NCBI GenBank assembly: GCA_051362555.1
Contig: CM120648.1
Coordinates: forward strand, 2,643,721-2,707,720
DNA: 64,000 bases
Reading direction: 5' to 3'
Origin: Lingula anatina
Lineage: Eukaryota; Animalia; Brachiopoda
Below are positions 38,771-64,000 of this stretch, piece by piece. Position 1 is the first letter of the stretch. The number at the start of each line of letters is the position of its first letter. The translations under genes and the position numbers were made by a program. Under the pieces are notes generated by a model. That model was not told the origin of the DNA. It searched no databases and was given only the letters and a program-made list of their open reading frames with translations.

Positions 38771-41700
38771 ATAAATTGTGTCAGCTTAGTTCAGAGGTTC
38801 CAGACGATTCTGCTTGCGTGGAAAGTCTCAATTACAGCCACATGAACTCTGCCAGAGGTGGCTTGTACACGTAGTTCCGCTTTTAGTCCGAGACTATATT
38901 TTTAATCTCAGTTTTGCCTGCCCGTGTGGAAGTTACTCATAGTTGACAACAATGAGAGCGCCACACCCACGCAACACGCTCTAGCTGTAGCCACGCCCTA
39001 TTTGTAAGACTGGTCCAATATAAAACTCGTTCAAATTGTGGGCCAGTTTTAATTGAATATAATTTACGTAGGTGTTCAGTGCTAGACTGGGGTGTATAGT
39101 GCTACCACATATATTTAATTCTGGAAGTGATTTTTGGTGAAATGTATAGGCCTATATATATAGGCCTACAGGGCCTATAGCTTTCATTCAGTTTAAATAG
39201 CAGATAGGCCTACTCGACACACACTGGCGGGATCAGGAGATACAAAAGGGTTGTGCATGTTCATGTGTAAACAGAAAAACCGACACTAAAAATAAATAAA
39301 TAAATAAATAAATGATAATTATAATAATGATGATATCTCTACCAGACAGAATGAGAGTGCAGATATTTGCTGATCCATTTTTCCTATTTTTTTTATTTAT
39401 TTTTTAAGGGGGTGGGAGTTAGGGGGAAGGGTTGGATGTCCAAGGGGGCGATAATTGTGGGAAGTTTGGTAAGAGAGGAGAGAGGGAAGCAGGGGGTAGG
39501 CCTACCTCCGCTCAGGGAGGAACAGGTGTCCGTTTTGTCCTCCCCTGAATCCTCTGTGGATCATGGAACTGAGCGAAGAAAATCTTTTTGAAAATCTATC
39601 TGTAAGTTGATATCAATATATAGTTCTGAGTTTGAGACTAGGTACAGTTGTGTCGCTGGAACATGAAAACACAAGCAAACCCAAATCACAGGTCAACATC
39701 AATGATCGTGTTTTTCTAACCCATTCAGCGTAGGAATATTGAATTAATACATGTGGCGAGAACTAACACTGCATCCTGTGCTGTGCGTCTGTTAACTGCT
39801 CTTCTCTGTCTCTTCTATCTGTTGGAGTAAGCCTAGCAGAATATTTCAATAATTATATTGATTAGAATTTGTTTAATTCCATCCCGAAATTCAGAAGTTT
39901 CTGGACTCTCCCATCCACCCTACCCCCATTTTTTAGATTTCTAGAAATCATATGCTGATGATTGAAGTTAGCTTTCAGATTTGTCTAAAACCCAAGGCGA
40001 TTTTTGCGTGCCAAAAGACAATTTTTTTTCAGGTGTATATAAAACATTTTCTGGTTAATTTAAAGAATGAGTGTATAGTGGGAAAATGCTCCCGTACTCA
40101 AACGAATATCTATTTACGACTCTTTGCTAATTCAAGACCTCGCAGACCTAACAAAATCTAGTAGCCATTTCACGTCGCTCTGAAGATCTACATAATGTTG
40201 ACATTTGTATCACTTAACATTAAATAAATAAAGAATGGTGTGCACCAAACCTCAATGTTCCCACATAAAACTGGTGTATTTCTAACACTGAGCAACGGGC
40301 ACGGGTGCAACACGTCGTCTGCATTTGTCTATGAGCTTAGAGGCGATCATCTCTTTTAATTTTTACGTTGAACGAGCATATTTTCCGCTCTTAACGAATA
40401 TTGTCAATATTATAATGCCACTTTACCAAATGTGATTACACTTACGACAGCACTTCGTCCTTAGGTCTTGACCAGTGATTATTTTGATACTAAATTTCAG
40501 AGGCCAAGCAATATTACCGGGTTTCAAAACTCATTGAAAGATCAACTACATCTATAAAATCAACCCCATAGTATTCTTATTATTTAGTACGTCTCTGATG
40601 AGCGGGATCGGCCTTGGTAGCATCAAACAGTTCTTGGTAGTATGGTGAGTAGTCTCCAGTGACGTCTTAGACCCGGGGAGAGGGGCAAACACCGTACTGT
40701 GAAAAGGAGAGAGTAAAAACCTGTCACATTTTGATAAAAAAGTTTATTTCACGTACTTCTTCTAGATGTAGGTCTGAAGTCGACAGTACTGGCATCAAAC
40801 AAACACGTTATCGAATGCTACCGGTAATAATGATGGCTTTAATAACTGTCAATAATTCAATAATTGAATAATTAATAAATACGATTCGCTAAAGTGCGAA
40901 TAAATAATCAAAAACCCTTGACTAGCACAACAGTAAAAAGCTTATACAATCGTAATAATTTCATACGAAGTCATTCTATGGCTTCTCTTTTAAATGGCGA
41001 AGATTTCATAACTTTGACGTAATTTAAACAGATGTTAACTAGCTCAGGTTTTCCTCGATATGAGAGTCTTAGAACACAACGCAACAACACAACGCAACGC
41101 AACGCAACACAACACAACGCAACACACGGACGTCCATACATTCATGGACCATGCACCCTAGAGAGACACACCACCGCAATTGTTCAACTCTGCCAGTCCC
41201 GCTGTTAACAATCGGGAACGAAGGCTGTCATGGAGGAAAATGTGAAAGCTATCCTGCTTAATACATCTATATTATCAATAAGCTTAAAAGAGGACGGTAA
41301 TTTCTAAAAAACATGATGCATAGACTGTAAAGATTACGTGGAAAGAAATTAACTATAAAATCAAGGAAGCAAGGAAAAAACGTAACAAGAAAATATAAGA
41401 AAAGAAAAGAAAACTTAACACTGGCATTTTCTTATCATGAAAAAAATATTTAGTGATCAAAACCAATAACAAAGCCAACAAAAATACATATTAAAGCTTG
41501 GATACATTAGCTTGCATTGCACAAAGTACAAATGGGGAATTAAGTCACTAATAAAAAAGAAAACGTTTGGTCCATATTTATAATTCTTGGTCTTGCAGAG
41601 AAGATGTATAACATCCAATAACAGTGGTATTTGCTATTGAAGTGGTCTGATATGGACATTACCATTCTTATTTTGCACTTTGTACTTTACCGTCCGAAAT

Positions 41701-42629
41701 CTAGTTCCCACGCAGAAGAAACCAAAGACTGGCAGACGACACTGCAAGACGGGCCCAACACCGAGGCTGACTCAATAAGTACCAACTAGCCTTGATAAGC
41801 CCACAAATAATTTAACAATACAAAATATGATACAGTCAAGACACCAACTACATATATGTTCACCCAAGTCTTTATCTTTGATCAATGAGCAGCACTTGTA
41901 CTGGCCTTTATAAATACATTCCAGTAATGCATATAAAGCTGATGGCATACTTTGTGACTAAGGTACACTGTTGTTAAGTAAATAATAGTCACCTAATCAT
42001 TTATATTGGAATTAACAGTAGTGTGTATTCTTTTTGCTTACATTGTTGTATCAGCTCTACTGTTATAAACCTAAAGTTAATACTTATTTCAACTCAGGAT
42101 GAATGAAACTGGCACACATAACTGGATTGAATATTTATAGAGACTGTCAAAAACACATGGCATTAAGTATCTTTAAATTTCACAATTAAAGCTAGAACCA
42201 ACCACATTTATTATTGCATTTTATTATTGTTTTAACAGAGAAATTCTTATCTCCTTGTTCTCTGTAAAATAATAAAATAAATTTCAGATTCTACGAGTTT
42301 AGATTCTTGAATGGTGAGGAATACAAGTGGGTTATTCACTTGCTTTCGATGGTATGCACTATCTACCCATTTTATTATTGGCAGTAAATTTGGTACTATT
42401 TGACTCATCCAGCTATCTAAATTATCTCCAAGTGAAGATCTGTAATATTCAGGATCAAACTGATAAATAAAATTTACTAGACCATTACTCAAAAAAAATT
42501 ACTGGTGAATTTGTCAAGAGATCAAACTCCTTTTCAGAAGTTGTTCATACTAGTATATACTATAAATAAACTGTTGTGCTTTTCATCATAAATAGAATAA
42601 ATTCAACCTTCAGACACCACTGGGATTAG

Positions 42630-60292
<17,663 letters not shown>

Positions 60293-61765
60293 CGTATTTT
60301 TGGTAATGTCAGCGATCAATCATACCGCCGTCCGTCCCACTAAATGGTGTGTAGCAGAATCCTCGCCTACTACAATACTATAGGCGGCGCTCATTGCAAG
60401 ACAAGACAAATAAAAGGCCGAATTACTTCAGTGAATACTGTGAAGCATTTAAAGGGATAACAACCGTTCGTAAAATATTCATATTTCACAATAAAAACAT
60501 TGTAAATATCTCATAGAAATATAATAAATTCTATTTTACTCCAAAACGGCGTTTAACACAATTATTCTAGAATTTGTGCTTGACATCACATCACGTGACC
60601 TCCATAGATTGCTAAGAGACTATCACACACACACAAAAAGCGAACTTTTTAGGGAAAAAAAAGGGGGGGGACTAACTTTGAATGTGAGCATTCAAAGTAA
60701 CCATTGGCAAGTATGGGAAAATTGTCCTTCACCCTAGGAAAATCCTTTTTTTTTTTTACCAAAATGAACAGTTGTTATCCTATAGTTTAATCTATAGGGG
60801 ACTATAGTGCATGTGTACATGCACCTGTATTGCTAATTGACCCATATCTTTGCATCTGATGATCAGATGTTTTTTTCACCACTTTTAATTAAATAACTAA
60901 TTAATTCTTATTTCATACCGAAGACAGTGTCGACATCAGGTACGTATTTAGGTAGACGAACAGAATTTTTCAAGTGCACATTGACGGACACCTATTTTTA
61001 CCTGTCGGAAAACTGTCTAAAATGGAGGGTGGACCAACAAAGATAATTTGGAAGAATGTCAGAAAATATCTCTGGATCTGACCCTGTAAATTTGCTTTCA
61101 ATGCCTGAATTGTGAAAGATAGACCTACATGATTACAAGTGGCATTGCAGGATATCTAGACATACAATTACGTACGGCTTTGGTACATTTTCAAATGCAT
61201 TTTCACTGTCGGTCCTCGTCACCCAATGCATTCAAAGTAATATATCAGTTGTACTCGGTGTACTTTGCTCCAAACGCGATGTAAAGATTATTTTAAAGAT
61301 CGCTCTGGCCAAGACAAAACCCTGTCGCCACCTCTCGCCTCCATGCGATATCCAAAAATTTAAATTCTTTTACAACAAATTTAAAAGTATCATTTATATT
61401 CAATATTGGGTGAGCTACTACATGTAGATCTGAAACAGTTGAATTATTTAGAGTTTAGAACAAAAATTTAAAATGAAATTGGTTTGAATTTATCATTCCC
61501 GTATTAATAAATTCACCTCACTATTATACGGTTGTTATGAGAATAATAACAATAGTTTAATGACGTTAATTTGAAAACGAGATATTAAGACAATGCCAGC
61601 CTCTTACAGTACGATTTTATTTTGGGGAAATGAAACAAAATTACAGTATAATATATAAAAGAAATGACGACAGGCTCATCAAGATACTTTTGTGATAAAT
61701 AATATATAATAAAAATGGCAAACAAGACTTTTAAAAAGTCCAATGAACAAATACCCAAGCAAAAA

Positions 61766-61849
<84 letters not shown>

Positions 61850-62653
61850 CATATGTACAATAACAAATATCTCAGATAACTAAAAGGTTCGTACAGTGTG
61901 TACATCTTTGTGCCGGTGGAGTAACAGTCACATCGCACAATAAAACATAAAACAAAGGATGGCGAACGAAGTAATGCCTCCAATACTTCAGCATGTCAGC
62001 CAGATGGTAACCTGAATATTCTGATAGTAAAAATGATTACAGAATCACTAGTTCAGAAACATACGTTAATTATATACTAGTACAGTATATGTATATTATA
62101 TAGTACTTTTATTAGTCCGAAACCGAATATATTTTCATATTTATATTGTCAAGCCATAAATGTACCTGTAACATGTTGCAAAGTTATATAAGTAAAAAAT
62201 AAAAATAAGAATATTCTTTATCAATGTCATTCCATTTTTCTCTTTCAAAATGGTGTTGAATTCATAAGTCGACAGAAAATTCAAAATACGGCATTCTGTA
62301 CAGACACAGATGAAATAAAGACATGCACTATCAAATTTAATTTTAAAAATGCGATTGTCTTAATTGAGTAGTAAACCTGGTTTTCTCTCCCTGAAAATAG
62401 TAAGTTTCAGATTGCAATGTTTGTTAAAGATTTAATTTTATAAAACTGTATATCCCTAACTATAGAAGTTGCACCTCTCACTATGTCGGCGGATTTCTAG
62501 TCCAGTAAGTCCTAACAGGTCTTTAAATCACGTTTCTTTGTAATGTTGGACTTAAGGACGGAAATTTACCGGGATTTTGTCAGTAGAGAGGGTCAAATAG
62601 CCAAAATTCGAAAGAAAACCCCCTGTTGCAGTTATTTCACCACATCTTGAGTT

Positions 62654-64000
62654 CTAGTCAGATTTGTGAGTGGACAGTTTGGCGTTCCTGCCGAACACAG
62701 AGCGCACGAGCCTCGTTCCAAACGCTCCGTAGACGTAAATATCCTGACTTGGATGCCCGCCTTCGCGCAGAATCTCCAAAATGGTGACGACAACTTGCGG
62801 ACCAGCACATATCACAAACTTATTTTTATGCCCATTATGGACTGGCAAATACGGTGACAAGGTAGAGCGGTCGATCAGCCCTTCCAATCCGGTCCACTTG
62901 TCGTCCCCCTCGTCAACACAGAGTGCAACGTTGATGTTTTTCTTCTCCGCGGCGTACTTTGTGAGCTCATTGCGACAGAGGAGCTGTTCGATGTTGCGCG
63001 CGTGGTAGAAGACTGTCACGCGGGTGAGGTCATCAGGATTCTGCGCAATGCAGCGGACGAGTTGGATCACGGGGGTGGCTCCGATACCTGGGAAAAATTG
63101 AAGATTAGCTTGAGTCATAAACAACAACTCAAGTTTCAGATTAAGTTCCACATCCGCACGTACATTAGTCTTACTTTCTAGTCCTGGTAACTATATATTT
63201 TATTTCAAGGAGGTTGTGTTTTATCGACGTCCTATGTAGGCATAACTTATATTCATATTTACACACTTAGCAACAATTAACGTGCTATTTTGGGCACAGA
63301 ATCAGTGATTCGAAAGATTCTCTCCTATTTCAGTATGATTTACTGAAGAGTGTAACAAATAAGAGGACAAAAGTCAGCCTGTAAAATGTGTTACCCGTGG
63401 CAATCAGGACCAGGTTGTCCAGAGTTCCAGGAATATACTCAAAGCCACCACAGGGCCCGCGGCATTCCAATATGTCGCCTGGGAAATATGCAAGAAAAAA
63501 AAATCATGTACGTTGCCGTCATCAGGGTAATATTCTTACAAATGCCGCACCAAATCAATGACACAATAAGACTAATTAGTTGGCTACATTTCCGTCTCTC
63601 TTTTGTATACTGCAAGCAGTAGAAACACTTTTGTTTAAGTGATGCATGCTTCTATCAGATGTGTAGTAGGCCCCTGTCAAACTGACTGACAGACAGACAA
63701 ACTCCTACAAACATAGGCCTAATTACCTTTCTTAAGTTGCCTGAAAGCGTCGGAGATTAGACCGTGACTTTCAAGACGCATCCCCACCTCCATCACCGGG
63801 CTGTCAGGGCGGGACATGGGTGACAGGTAGCGCTCCTGTATCTTCCCCTTCACCTGAACTTTGACCTGGACATATTGTCCGGGCAGGCATCCGGTGTGGG
63901 TGGCCTGTCTTGGCAGCTGAAACAGGAAGCGCTCAACGCAATCCGTTTCTGGTATCCTCTCGAGCAAGGTCAAAGGGGCGTAGACGTCGGGATCCAGGCC
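62654..64000 (-). CDS. FNR-family flavoprotein, NADH-cytochrome b5 reductase-like (3' part; begins beyond the window)
   Basis: Exons 63727-64000 (truncated), 63395-63478 and 62654-63087, all phase 1. Motifs: LPGQYV, ERYLSP, HGLIS, RGPCGGFEY, IATGIGATP, ICAGP. Confidence 0.85.

Noticed and set aside
40595-40640. CTGATGAG hammerhead ribozyme core
   Set aside because: No stem II followed by GAAA and no flanking helices.

Overview
AT-rich, intron-rich animal genomic DNA, probably invertebrate (inferred from style, not identified). Exons were assembled by hand from GT-AG sites and protein motifs. The window holds five genes: (1) the 5' part of an unidentified minus-strand gene (about 1127-9270); (2) a plus-strand CHST8-14/HNK-1ST-family carbohydrate sulfotransferase (13569-15305); (3) a complete minus-strand PLOD/lysyl hydroxylase-glycosyltransferase gene (19309-38700, about 737 aa); (4) a complete minus-strand P5B-ATPase, ATP13A2/3-like (42630-60292, about 1325 aa); (5) the 3' part of an FNR/cytochrome-b5-reductase-like gene (62654-64000). 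Several MITEs and mini/microsatellites are also present. The main finding is that this PLOD gene carries two pairs of tandem-duplicated, intact, equal-length exons. One is a 102-nt pair, probably mutually exclusive, immediately after the glycosyltransferase HGNG motif. The other is a 156-nt pair of alternative terminal exons, each encoding the distal Fe-binding His and 2-oxoglutarate-binding Arg of the hydroxylase domain. Together they could give 2x2 enzyme isoforms from one gene, and the two tails resemble vertebrate LH2 and LH3 respectively (human sequences recalled from memory, to be verified). The ATP13A gene shows a cassette exon, a 1-nt frameshift beside a (GA)n tract, and degenerate copies of its own splice junctions in neighbouring introns.
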